From positions 1-25,207 of the IMG/VR virus record IMGVR_UViG_3300023172_000179: DNA of 25,207 bases; one strand, given 5' to 3'. Both the position numbers and the translations under genes were made by a program. Positions within the stretch are counted from its first letter, which is position 1. Each line of letters opens with the position of its first letter. The DNA is from a virus. Taxonomy: Duplodnaviria; Caudoviricetes. Positions 6,999-16,969 of the stretch are shown here, piece after piece. The notes beneath the pieces are model-generated. The model was not told the origin of the DNA and ran no database searches. It saw only the letters and a list, made by a program, of their open reading frames with translations.

Positions 6999-9900
6999 AT
7001 GGCGTGGGAGTGGAGCTTTACATCACCATATCAAGATGCTCTTGATTCTGACTTTGTAAAGCAAAGAAAACAACAAGCACAAGAACTTAGAACTTTTTTT
7101 TCTCAAAACAATATAGCTGAAAACTTAGCTGGTATATCACAACAATATGGTTATCTACCACGTGATGTTCAAGTTGGTGCTGCTATGGTTGGTTTGACAA
7201 AAGAAAGTCCAGAGTTTACTTCTATTATTGAATCTTATTTAGATAAAGAAAGAAGTTGGTGGGAAGGTGTTAAGGCAGCAACAAGAGGTGCTGTACGAGG
7301 TGCTTTTGTTGGTATGGAATCTGCTAGCCAATTTGTTAAAAGATATGGTACTGCAGGTATGCGTTATTATTCTAAGAAACAACAAAACCCTTTATTATTT
7401 TTTAGTGGTATTGGTACTGCAGCAGCTTTAATAAATCCTGATTACTATAACGAAGTTAAGAATGTATTTAAAGAAACAGGTCCTACATTAGCTGGTAGAG
7501 CATTTAAAGAAATAAGTAAAGGCAATAGAGTTAATTTAGGAGAAGGATATTTTGGTAATTCTACATTAGCTGAAGATACAGAAGTTTATAAAGAACTTGT
7601 TGGTAGAGGTGCTGATGCAGAGCAAGTTAGAGAAATAATACAAGAACAATTAGGAACACCATTATCACAACAAACTATTGATGATAGGGAAAGAGCTGCT
7701 ATGTCTTATTCTGGTAGAAGAGGCACAGTTAAGTTATCTCCTGGTCGTGTTGCTGCAGTAGAAATATTTGAACCTGGAACAAAAGCATTTAAGTTTATGT
7801 CAGGTCTTATTGATGGTGCATACACAATATTTACAGACCCTTCTACTTATTTTGGTATGGGTTTGTCTAGAGCAGGAAAAGTTGCAAGAACATACAATCC
7901 TACAGTAGTAAATCAAGGTGGACTTATAAATAAAGCTGTAAGAGCTACTGTACATCAACCTACTGCAAAAGAATTTATAAATAGCAGAGTAGGTACAGAT
8001 ATTGCAGACTTACTAGCTAAGACAACTACTTATGATGAAGTTGAAATAATTCTTAAAAAGAATGCTCGTGAAATGAATGATGGTGCATTATTAATGAGAA
8101 ATCTTAGAGATACTAAAGATACAGAAACTATTAAGAAATTATTAATTGATGCTATTGAAGATGATTTGAAATTTAACACAAGATTAGATGCAAACTCTTT
8201 GTTGTTTAAAGGTAAGTTTTCTAGAGCAGCAGCAAAAGCATTTTATGGACCAGACGTTTCTGCTGTTGGTTTTAAGACAGCAATGAAATTAAGAAATCAA
8301 AACAGTAAATGGAATCGATTATTTCAAGAATTTCCTGCTCCTAAATTACACGCTAATGATTTAAACCAAACATTTTTTGAATTAAAAGACTGGATGAAAT
8401 TTGCAAAAGTAGATGATGATGTTGCTTTTAAAGCACTAGATGATATTGCTAACAGTATTGATGATGAAGTATTAGACAATATAGCTAAAGCTGGTATGAA
8501 ATCTGGAGACCCTAGACCTGCTAAATTAGCAAATGTTGTAAGAGTACTTGAAGTTTTAGGTGGAGAAAATGGTGTGCTTCCTCATATAGAAAAAAAGTTT
8601 ATGGCTTTAGAGTTGCCTCCAGAACTTGTAAAAGGTATGAGAAAGTTTATGACATCTGTAGATGAAACAAGAAAATACTTTAGAGGTGCATTTGGAGAAG
8701 AATGGTTTCAAGGACAAAAGCTAGATGTACTAGATAATTTTGGTAATGATGTTTTATCATTGCAGCTTAATCTTGATGAAGCACTAAAAGTAGTAGAAAA
8801 GATTGCAAGTAATGCAGGTATTAAAAAATCTGTAATGGGCAATATGAATAAAATTTTAAAAACTGCTAAAGAAGATTTATCAAAAAGAGTAAATGATTCA
8901 CCTGGTACTGGTAATACTTCTGCTGGATGGGCGCAGTTTGCTGATGATGGTTTTGAAGTATCTACTGCAGGTGATGACTTTGGAAAACAATTTTCTGCAT
9001 TTAATGCAAAATTTTTAGATGGAGATTCTGTAGAACTTAAATGGGCAAAGGCTAAAGGTTACGACAGCATAGAACAAGCAAAAAGAAATCCTGCTGTAGA
9101 TTCTGATGGTAGACCACTAGAAAATTTTAATTATTATCCAGAGTATAAAAAAATATGGAATGCTTGGGCTGATGAAAACCCAGACCTTATTGAACAGTTA
9201 GCTATAAAAGCTCAAGGTAAAAAATTAACAGATAAATTTGCTAATACAAATAACAATCAAGCTAGAGCATTATCAGAAATAATTAATGAAAGATTTGGAA
9301 AACAAAAAATAAAAGATATAAAAGCTGAAGGTAATCCTATAGCTATGAATAATAAAGTTAAAAATAGAGATAACATTATTTACAACAAAGACACTACAAC
9401 TTTAGATATGATTATGTCTGGTAAAAGAACTCATACAACTAGAACTCTTGCAGGTTATGGTTCATTAGCACCAAGAGTTGGTCAAATAAGATTAATGCAA
9501 GATAAAAATACTGGTAGACAAGTTATGGTAAGAATTACTGGTATTAATAAACTTCCAGATGATTTATTTGTAAATCCTGAATTAGAAGATTTAGCCAGAG
9601 AGTTAGCTAAAAAAGAAGGATATACATTTGAATTTTATCAAACTGCTATTAGTGGTAAATTGCAAAGACAAAAACAAAATAGACTTAGAGGTAGTTTAAA
9701 ACCAGAAAATGAAATGGTAGGTGTTGAGTACGAACTTGCTAGTCCTACAAATATTGTAAAAGACCTAGATAATGTAGCTAGTATTGGTGGATTGAAAGAT
9801 GAATTTCTAGAAATGGTAGAGCCTGCTGCAACTATAGATAGGCTTACACCAGAAATGGATATTGTTGTAAAAGAAATAAATAGTGGTGGTCAAACAGGAG

Positions 9901-12900
9901 TAGATTTAAATGCATTAGAAATAGCATCTGATTTAGGTATTGCTACTGGTGGTAAAGGTATGCCTGGATTAACTGTAGCTGACCAGATAATGGGTAGGTA
10001 TGACCATCAACAAGGTCAATTAATGAAGTACAACGTACAAGATACTACTGAAGATATATTGATGGATTTAAAAAATGATTTATCAAACCTTATGCATAGG
10101 ATTGCAAAGCATAATGAAGGTGTAAATTTTAAATCTACATTTGATGAATCAAGATTAACACCTGCAGAAATTGCAGCCTACAAAGCTATACAACAAAAAC
10201 CATTTGACCAAATGTCAAAGATAGAAGTAGATAGACTTAGAGCAATAGAAATAAAAGCAAAAGGTGGATTTATAAATCAAACTTTAAGTAAAGATGCTAA
10301 AAAATCTATTGATGAATATATAAAGAAATTTAAAACTGGTGCAGAAGGTGGACTTCTTTATAAACAATATAAACTAGAAGATGAGATAGCTGACTTAACA
10401 AAAGAGATAAAACTTAGAAAAGAACAAGCATTAAAAAAAGGTGTAATATCTGTTAATGCTACTGACGAAGAAATACAAGAAGTTCTTAAAAATGGTGAAT
10501 TAGCTATTTCTGCATTACAAAAATTAAATGTAAAACTTGAAGGAAAAAACTTTAGAGGTCAAACTCAAGATGGTAAAAGAATTAGAGAACGAGCTATACC
10601 TTCTAAAGAGCTAGAGGGTTTACTTGAAGAAGGTAAAGATTTAGACCAAACAATTTTAGATTTACAAGATAAAGCATCAATATTTAATTTTATTGAAAAT
10701 CCTAGAATATCTTATTACTTAGGAACAGAGCCTGGAGTACCTCTTAGTAGAAAAGGTGTAAAAGTAAAAGAATATAAATTTGGTGAAGCAGACTTAGGAA
10801 TTGCACCTGACGAAGATAAAGCAAAGTTAGCAGAAAAAGCAGGATATACACTTTCTAAAGAAGATTTAAGACAACCTTCTAAAAGGGTTATTGAGTATGA
10901 TGATTTTGATATAGATGGATATGTTGAATCAGTAGAAGAAGGTGGATTATATATTGCTTCATTGCAAGCTAAGAAATTAAAAAATGTAAATGAATTAAAT
11001 CGTATACGTGAAGTAATGAAATACAAAGGTAAAGACGCTGATAGATATCTAACACTTACTGATGAAATAAGAAAATTAGAAACAGGTGATATAGGTTCTA
11101 TGAAACCCGACGCTAGATACTATGCCAAGAGAACATCTATGAACGTTGATAACACAGATGCAACAATAGTTTTGTTTAGTAAAAAAAACATACTGCAAGA
11201 TATAGGAACAGCTAAAACTATATTATATGCATCTAGGGGTAAATGGGTTGGAGCAAATTGGAAAGCAGAAATAACTAAAAATATTGATAAATATAAAACT
11301 GGTGTATTTGCTAAGACTTTAAATAAACCATTAATAATTATTGATATGGATAACCCAACATTAACTGATGAGTTTATAGAACAAGCACAAAAACTTCTTA
11401 AAGGTAAAAAGGTAAATGTTGCTGGTCCTAGAAAGTTTACAGATAAAGAATCTATAGAAAGAGTACTAAGACCTTTGTTAGTTAAAAGCAAAGTTCCATT
11501 TACTAAAAAGAAAGCTGGTAAAAAATTATTAAAAGAATCTAAAGTAACTCCTCAACAGATATTAGATTTCTTTCAAGAAAAAGTACAAGACCAAAGTTTA
11601 ATGAATGATATTGCTAATTCCCTATTTGAAGAAGCTAATATACAAAACATAGCAAGAGTTAAAGGTAGACCTACTGCACAGTTAGTTGCAGAGTACCTTG
11701 CTAGTGATGCTATACCTATGCCTGATGCTAGATTATTCCTTAGAGTATTTAGTCCTGCAAGAGAGTTTTGGTTAAGAGCTGCAGGTAAAGGTAAGATGAT
11801 ACCTCAAAGATTACCTGGATTACAAGAGGATGAATTTATATCATCACAGTTTGAAAAAGAATTAGCTAAACCTCTTAACAGACTTTATGAACTTACAACA
11901 ATGGAAGATAAGAAGGTAAGTCAAACTGCAGAGTTGTTTGTTAGAAATGCACGTAAACAATTTAAATTAACTAAGAACGAAGAAGAAGGTGTAGTAAGAG
12001 AACTTACTGCAGGTTATTTAGGATTACTTGGAGATTCATTTATGAACAAGGCTTGGAAACCAGCAATACTTCTTAGAGCTGCGTGGACATCAAGAGTTGT
12101 AGGTGAAGAACAAATGCGTATGTGGATGGATAACCTAGACAATGTATTTAGTCATCCTCTCTCTGCATTTGCTTGGATAATGGGTAAAGATAAAAGACGT
12201 TTGTTTAATGAAGTAAGAGGTTATGGAGATGAGGAAGTTGCAGAAAGATTAATAGCTAAAGGTGTATATGACATTATGGGAGATACATTAGGAGATTCTC
12301 TTGAAGCACAATCTTCTTTAACAAAATCTCACGGTGGTGTATTAGACCCAGAAGGTTTATCTAGGAAATGGTCTTTTGAAGAAGTATCTATTAATGATGA
12401 TAAGTTTATACCAGGTGCTGCTTCAGAGTTACTTCAGTTATCTGATGACCCATTAACTGCTGAAATAGCATACAGACTTACTGGATTCAATGGAACATTT
12501 AGAGGACAGATAATAGAACAAAAACAATTTACACCACAGAAAGTAAAAAACAATCCTAACAAAATATTTGTATTTGGAGATAACATAGCTGGTACTGGTA
12601 AAGGTGGTCAAGCAGTTATTAGAGGTAATCCTAATATTATAGGAATTCCAACAAAACATTCTCCTAGAAAGTTTTTTACTGATGATGATTATGAGGTAGC
12701 AGTAGAAGCTATTGATAAAGCATTAGCAGAGATAGATGATGCTAGAGGTTTAGGTAAAGTTATTGTATTACCTAAAGATGGTATAGGTACAGGGAGAGCA
12801 GGACCTAAAGACCCTAAAACTGGTAAGTATACTGGTTTAGAAAAACAAGCTCCAAAAATAAATGCTTACCTTCAAAAAAAACTTAAAGAATTAAAAGCAG

Positions 12901-15554
12901 AAAAAACAGATGCTGTATTAGATGATGTTATGTCTGCTGAAGATGCAATACAAAGTATTAAAGATGATTTCTGGCAAGGACCATTAGACTCCTGGCGTAG
13001 AGCTATGACCTATGGAACAGATGAAACTGCTAAATATCAAAAATCTAAAATGCTTACAGATAGAGCAGCAGCAGATGCATACATAGAAGGTTTAGTAGCT
13101 AGGTTACATTATAAGACTGGTGGACATTATAAAACATACGAAGAGTTTTCTGATGGCTCTAGAAAGTTGTTAAATGATAGTCAAGCTCCTACACCTGCTG
13201 ATAGTAGAAGTACATTTGAATCTATAATTAGACACGAAATCACATTTCCTGGTGATGATGAATTAATTAGACACGTTGCTTTTGGTAAGAAAGTACAAGC
13301 TGCTAGAGAAGGAGTACCTAAAGGAGAACCTGCTTTATTAAGACTTGGTGTTAAAAAAGATGGAACTATTGATTATGTAACTTGGGGTAGAGGACAAACT
13401 ATTGATGACCACGCTAAATATAAGAAATGGTTAAGAGCTAAGAATAAAAATGAAAAGACTTATGATGTTGGCCACGTTATGAAGAAGTCTATTCACGATA
13501 TGAATGCAGAAAGAATTAATAGATATGACCAAGTAATTGAAAGTATGTTTACTGCTTTTATGGCTGTACCTACAAATAGATTATCTCGTTCCTCTGCATT
13601 TAGACAATACTACTGGAGATTTATTGAAGAGAATGGTGCTTTCTATGACAATGCATTAAAAGATGAAATTATTGAAAGAGCTAATATGCAAGCATCTAGA
13701 TGGGTAAAGAATGCTGGTTCTACAGCTAAGAAACTTAAATCAACTAGACAAATTAAAACTGAGGATGGAAGAGTTTTAGGTATAGAAAATATTGCAGAAC
13801 TAGATGAAGCTGCTAAAGCATATGCATTAACAGAAACAAAAAGACTTCTTTATGATTTAAATAAACGACACGTTGTATCTGATATGTTAAGACTTGCATT
13901 CCCATTCGCAGAAGTTTATCAAGAGATTATTGGTACTTGGGGTAGATTAATTAATCAGCAAAAGTTACTAGCTGGTAGAAAAGTACAACGTGTTATTACT
14001 GGTGCTAGAAACACTAATGAAGAAGGAGAAGAAGGTTTCTTTCATACAGATGAAATGTCTGGAGAAGAAATGTTCTTTTTTCCTGGAACTGAATTATTAA
14101 CTAACTGGATGTTTGGAGAAGATGAAAATAGAATTATTAACAATCCAACAACAGGACAACCTATGGAAGCACCTGATGTAAGAGTAAAACTGGAGGGTTA
14201 TGCTTCATCACTTAATATGGTCGCAGGTAATCCTGTTCCTGGTTTAGGTCCATTAGTTGCAATACCTGCAGGTAAGTTACTACCTGATACAGAACTAATA
14301 GACAAACTATTCTTTCCATATGGTAGAGAAGAAGGTTCTGCTTTAAGTCCTTACACATTCTTAGAACAAACAATACCTTCTTGGTTAAAGAAACTATTAG
14401 CTATGGGTAGTGCAAGTAGTCCTGATATGAAGAGAACATATGCAAATACATACAAAGATGTTTTAAAGATGTTAATTACTACTGGTCTTTATGATGACTC
14501 TACTAAAGCAAAACAACAAGATGCTATGAACAAAGCAAAAGATATTGCTAATAGAATGACTTGGATTAGAGCTGCTGTACAGTTTGCTGCTCCAACAGGT
14601 GCTGTAGTTAGATACGAAATAGAAACAACACCAGGTGGTGCATTGTATTTAGACCCAGCAGAATTTAAAGAGAATGACCCAGATGGATATTACTTTGGTA
14701 TGTCTATATTTGCAGATGCATATTACAGAATATTAGCTAAATACAAAGGTGACCAGTTAGCTGCTACTACAGAGTTTGTTAATCAGTTTGGTATTGACCC
14801 ATCTGCATTACTTACTTCTAAGTCAAAAGAAATTACAAAGCGTTCATATACAGAAGAAGGTGGTAGATTTACTAGAAGCAATAGTGAAGTATTACAAAGA
14901 TATCCAAACATTGGATACTATATATTCCCAGATAATCCATTAGATGAGTTTGATTTTAACTCTTGGTCACAATCATTTGCGGATAGAGATAGAGTTGATT
15001 TATCTGAAGATGAATATGTTGCAACTATTAGAAATGCACAAGGTAGATTAGCTTACGAATATCAAAGAAGAATGTTATTTGACACACCACAATTCGCTAA
15101 TGTACCAAGTCAGCAGAAGTTTGAGATGCTTACAGCATTAAGAAACTCATTGAGACAAGAGTATCCTGGATATGGAACTACTTCAACAGTACCAACATCA
15201 ATGGATGTAGATTCAAAGATAAGAGAATTTCAAGATATGATTGCACAAGATGGCTCAACAAAAGTTAAATTACCTAATGGGCAAAGCCTTGAGATACAGG
15301 ATTTACCTGCAGTAAGAGGAGCTATAGAGTATTTAGAAGCAAGAGATAGACTATTATCAGAAGCTAGACTTGTATTAGGAAGTAATGTATCATTACAAAG
15401 AGAACAATTAAGTGGAGCTAGAGCTGAATTAAGGCGACTATCTCAAGAGTTATTCGCTAAATATCCAGACTTCTACTATGTGTATCTTGATTTATTTAAG
15501 TATGAAGTTGAAGAACAATATACAGACGTTACATTTTACGGAGGTAATTCTTAG
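6999..15554 (+). CDS. Giant 2851-aa putative internal virion/ejection protein with polyvalent accessory domains (NADAR-like, ASCH, split SLOG, macro-like)
   Basis: Uninterrupted ORF with SD AGGAG, within the virion module; mostly helical scaffold; motifs FSAF..DGDSVE, SGKRTHTTR/AKKEG, SGGQTGVD...RTSMNVDNTDAT...NVAGPR, FVFGDN..GGQA..GIPTK..GIGTG. Confidence 0.75.
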   Translation: MAWEWSFTSPYQDALDSDFVKQRKQQAQELRTFFSQNNIAENLAGISQQYGYLPRDVQVGAAMVGLTKESPEFTSIIESYLDKERSWWEGVKAATRGAVRGAFVGMESASQFVKRYGTAGMRYYSKKQQNPLLFFSGIGTAAALINPDYYNEVKNVFKETGPTLAGRAFKEISKGNRVNLGEGYFGNSTLAEDTEVYKELVGRGADAEQVREIIQEQLGTPLSQQTIDDRERAAMSYSGRRGTVKLSPGRVAAVEIFEPGTKAFKFMSGLIDGAYTIFTDPSTYFGMGLSRAGKVARTYNPTVVNQGGLINKAVRATVHQPTAKEFINSRVGTDIADLLAKTTTYDEVEIILKKNAREMNDGALLMRNLRDTKDTETIKKLLIDAIEDDLKFNTRLDANSLLFKGKFSRAAAKAFYGPDVSAVGFKTAMKLRNQNSKWNRLFQEFPAPKLHANDLNQTFFELKDWMKFAKVDDDVAFKALDDIANSIDDEVLDNIAKAGMKSGDPRPAKLANVVRVLEVLGGENGVLPHIEKKFMALELPPELVKGMRKFMTSVDETRKYFRGAFGEEWFQGQKLDVLDNFGNDVLSLQLNLDEALKVVEKIASNAGIKKSVMGNMNKILKTAKEDLSKRVNDSPGTGNTSAGWAQFADDGFEVSTAGDDFGKQFSAFNAKFLDGDSVELKWAKAKGYDSIEQAKRNPAVDSDGRPLENFNYYPEYKKIWNAWADENPDLIEQLAIKAQGKKLTDKFANTNNNQARALSEIINERFGKQKIKDIKAEGNPIAMNNKVKNRDNIIYNKDTTTLDMIMSGKRTHTTRTLAGYGSLAPRVGQIRLMQDKNTGRQVMVRITGINKLPDDLFVNPELEDLARELAKKEGYTFEFYQTAISGKLQRQKQNRLRGSLKPENEMVGVEYELASPTNIVKDLDNVASIGGLKDEFLEMVEPAATIDRLTPEMDIVVKEINSGGQTGVDLNALEIASDLGIATGGKGMPGLTVADQIMGRYDHQQGQLMKYNVQDTTEDILMDLKNDLSNLMHRIAKHNEGVNFKSTFDESRLTPAEIAAYKAIQQKPFDQMSKIEVDRLRAIEIKAKGGFINQTLSKDAKKSIDEYIKKFKTGAEGGLLYKQYKLEDEIADLTKEIKLRKEQALKKGVISVNATDEEIQEVLKNGELAISALQKLNVKLEGKNFRGQTQDGKRIRERAIPSKELEGLLEEGKDLDQTILDLQDKASIFNFIENPRISYYLGTEPGVPLSRKGVKVKEYKFGEADLGIAPDEDKAKLAEKAGYTLSKEDLRQPSKRVIEYDDFDIDGYVESVEEGGLYIASLQAKKLKNVNELNRIREVMKYKGKDADRYLTLTDEIRKLETGDIGSMKPDARYYAKRTSMNVDNTDATIVLFSKKNILQDIGTAKTILYASRGKWVGANWKAEITKNIDKYKTGVFAKTLNKPLIIIDMDNPTLTDEFIEQAQKLLKGKKVNVAGPRKFTDKESIERVLRPLLVKSKVPFTKKKAGKKLLKESKVTPQQILDFFQEKVQDQSLMNDIANSLFEEANIQNIARVKGRPTAQLVAEYLASDAIPMPDARLFLRVFSPAREFWLRAAGKGKMIPQRLPGLQEDEFISSQFEKELAKPLNRLYELTTMEDKKVSQTAELFVRNARKQFKLTKNEEEGVVRELTAGYLGLLGDSFMNKAWKPAILLRAAWTSRVVGEEQMRMWMDNLDNVFSHPLSAFAWIMGKDKRRLFNEVRGYGDEEVAERLIAKGVYDIMGDTLGDSLEAQSSLTKSHGGVLDPEGLSRKWSFEEVSINDDKFIPGAASELLQLSDDPLTAEIAYRLTGFNGTFRGQIIEQKQFTPQKVKNNPNKIFVFGDNIAGTGKGGQAVIRGNPNIIGIPTKHSPRKFFTDDDYEVAVEAIDKALAEIDDARGLGKVIVLPKDGIGTGRAGPKDPKTGKYTGLEKQAPKINAYLQKKLKELKAEKTDAVLDDVMSAEDAIQSIKDDFWQGPLDSWRRAMTYGTDETAKYQKSKMLTDRAAADAYIEGLVARLHYKTGGHYKTYEEFSDGSRKLLNDSQAPTPADSRSTFESIIRHEITFPGDDELIRHVAFGKKVQAAREGVPKGEPALLRLGVKKDGTIDYVTWGRGQTIDDHAKYKKWLRAKNKNEKTYDVGHVMKKSIHDMNAERINRYDQVIESMFTAFMAVPTNRLSRSSAFRQYYWRFIEENGAFYDNALKDEIIERANMQASRWVKNAGSTAKKLKSTRQIKTEDGRVLGIENIAELDEAAKAYALTETKRLLYDLNKRHVVSDMLRLAFPFAEVYQEIIGTWGRLINQQKLLAGRKVQRVITGARNTNEEGEEGFFHTDEMSGEEMFFFPGTELLTNWMFGEDENRIINNPTTGQPMEAPDVRVKLEGYASSLNMVAGNPVPGLGPLVAIPAGKLLPDTELIDKLFFPYGREEGSALSPYTFLEQTIPSWLKKLLAMGSASSPDMKRTYANTYKDVLKMLITTGLYDDSTKAKQQDAMNKAKDIANRMTWIRAAVQFAAPTGAVVRYEIETTPGGALYLDPAEFKENDPDGYYFGMSIFADAYYRILAKYKGDQLAATTEFVNQFGIDPSALLTSKSKEITKRSYTEEGGRFTRSNSEVLQRYPNIGYYIFPDNPLDEFDFNSWSQSFADRDRVDLSEDEYVATIRNAQGRLAYEYQRRMLFDTPQFANVPSQQKFEMLTALRNSLRQEYPGYGTTSTVPTSMDVDSKIREFQDMIAQDGSTKVKLPNGQSLEIQDLPAVRGAIEYLEARDRLLSEARLVLGSNVSLQREQLSGARAELRRLSQELFAKYPDFYYVYLDLFKYEVEEQYTDVTFYGGNS

Positions 15555-16969
15555 TGGATAGAGAAGAACAAAAATATCAAGAGTTAGGGTTTACATTAAA
15601 AACTATTTTTGATGCTGTTAAAAAAGGATTAATTACATTTGATAGTAAATTAATAGAAGGTTTCTTTGACTCTCCACCGCCTCAAGAAATAATAGAAAAC
15701 ATACTTAAGTTAGTAGAACAAGGTGCAGAAACAAGTGCTATGAAAGCTATAGCTAGCTTTATAGTACCAAATGCTGAAGAAAAAGATAGAAGGAAAAGAC
15801 TCACTACAGCATTTACATCAGGATTAACTGGACAAGAACCTGAAGAATTATCAGCAAACTTAGATACTGCAGATATTATTGCAGAAGCAGATGCTGAATA
15901 TGCTAACTATGTTACCAGTACAGTAGATACAACACCTGGTGGTAGAGCTAAAAGAGATTTTCAATTAGGTGCATCATCTAAAGGATTGCTTGATGCTGCA
16001 TATGCTAAGTATAAAGAAGATGGAGATACAGATGCTTTCTTAGAAGTAGTAACATCTGTTGAGTTAAATAATCTACCAGAACTTACAAGTGATAGTACAT
16101 TCTACCAAAGGTATGTATCACAATATGCCCCAATGACCTTTTATGGTTTACAAGATGATGTTCAATTATTAAATTATAGAGAAGCTGCAGGTAACAATAA
16201 GCTAACTCCTTTGTACAATTATGGATTAGCTCCAGCATTTCTAGCTGGACTAGACCCTAATAAAATATTAGAAATACAAACTAAGTTAATGGAAGCAGGA
16301 TTTCTGCAACCTGGTACTTATGTTCAAGGAGTTATTGGTGAAATAGGAACACCAGGAGAAGATGCTACTATACAAGCATTGGAAAGTGCATTTAGTTATT
16401 TAAATACTAAACCTGAATATGGAATAGATATAGATGACTTAGCAGAGATTAATGCTGCTGCTAATGGTGATGAAGGTGCGTTCTTAGGATTTCTTAGAAA
16501 TTACTTTGAAGATTCAATAGAAGAAATAAGTTTAAGAGATACTAATCCAATACTTACTGCACCTACATTACTAGCACAAGCAAATCCCGACTTCTTAAAG
16601 TTCAATGTAAATCAAACAGTAAGAGATACGATAGGTGCTAATCCTAGCCTTAGAGATTATCAAGTTATTTATGACTGGGCAGGTTCAGAGATAGAAAGAT
16701 TATCTGCTGCTTATGCTGAATCACAAAAGATTTATGAACAAGCTAGAGTAGATGTTGCTGCTCAAGCTGCACAAGATAAACTATCTGGTACTGAACAAGA
16801 TTATTATTTATTACCACCAGCTATGTCTGATGCAGATGTATCTGCTGCATTCGCAACTGGATTAGATGAATTTGTATATAATTATTTTAAACCACTTCTC
16901 GACCAAGGTAAAGAAGACCAAGCCTATCAACAAGGACTAGGAGTAGCTATAGCGAGCTTAAGTAAATAA
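15554..16969 (+). CDS. Putative internal virion protein with possible peptidoglycan-binding-like segment
   Basis: GTG start overlapping the upstream stop (TAGTG), SD GGAGGT; ILEIQTKLMEAGFL...GVIG resembles the PG_binding_1 pattern. Confidence 0.55.
   Translation: MDREEQKYQELGFTLKTIFDAVKKGLITFDSKLIEGFFDSPPPQEIIENILKLVEQGAETSAMKAIASFIVPNAEEKDRRKRLTTAFTSGLTGQEPEELSANLDTADIIAEADAEYANYVTSTVDTTPGGRAKRDFQLGASSKGLLDAAYAKYKEDGDTDAFLEVVTSVELNNLPELTSDSTFYQRYVSQYAPMTFYGLQDDVQLLNYREAAGNNKLTPLYNYGLAPAFLAGLDPNKILEIQTKLMEAGFLQPGTYVQGVIGEIGTPGEDATIQALESAFSYLNTKPEYGIDIDDLAEINAAANGDEGAFLGFLRNYFEDSIEEISLRDTNPILTAPTLLAQANPDFLKFNVNQTVRDTIGANPSLRDYQVIYDWAGSEIERLSAAYAESQKIYEQARVDVAAQAAQDKLSGTEQDYYLLPPAMSDADVSAAFATGLDEFVYNYFKPLLDQGKEDQAYQQGLGVAIASLSK

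Noticed and set aside
10047-11117. Intein as explanation for the SLOG insertion
   Set aside because: No N-terminal Cys/Ser block, no terminal His-Asn followed by Cys/Ser/Thr, no LAGLIDADG motifs
6999-15554. Tape-measure protein interpretation of the giant ORF
   Set aside because: No tail tube/sheath or tail chaperone genes, no TMP-type periodic repeats; adaptor-nozzle-fibre order points to a short tail
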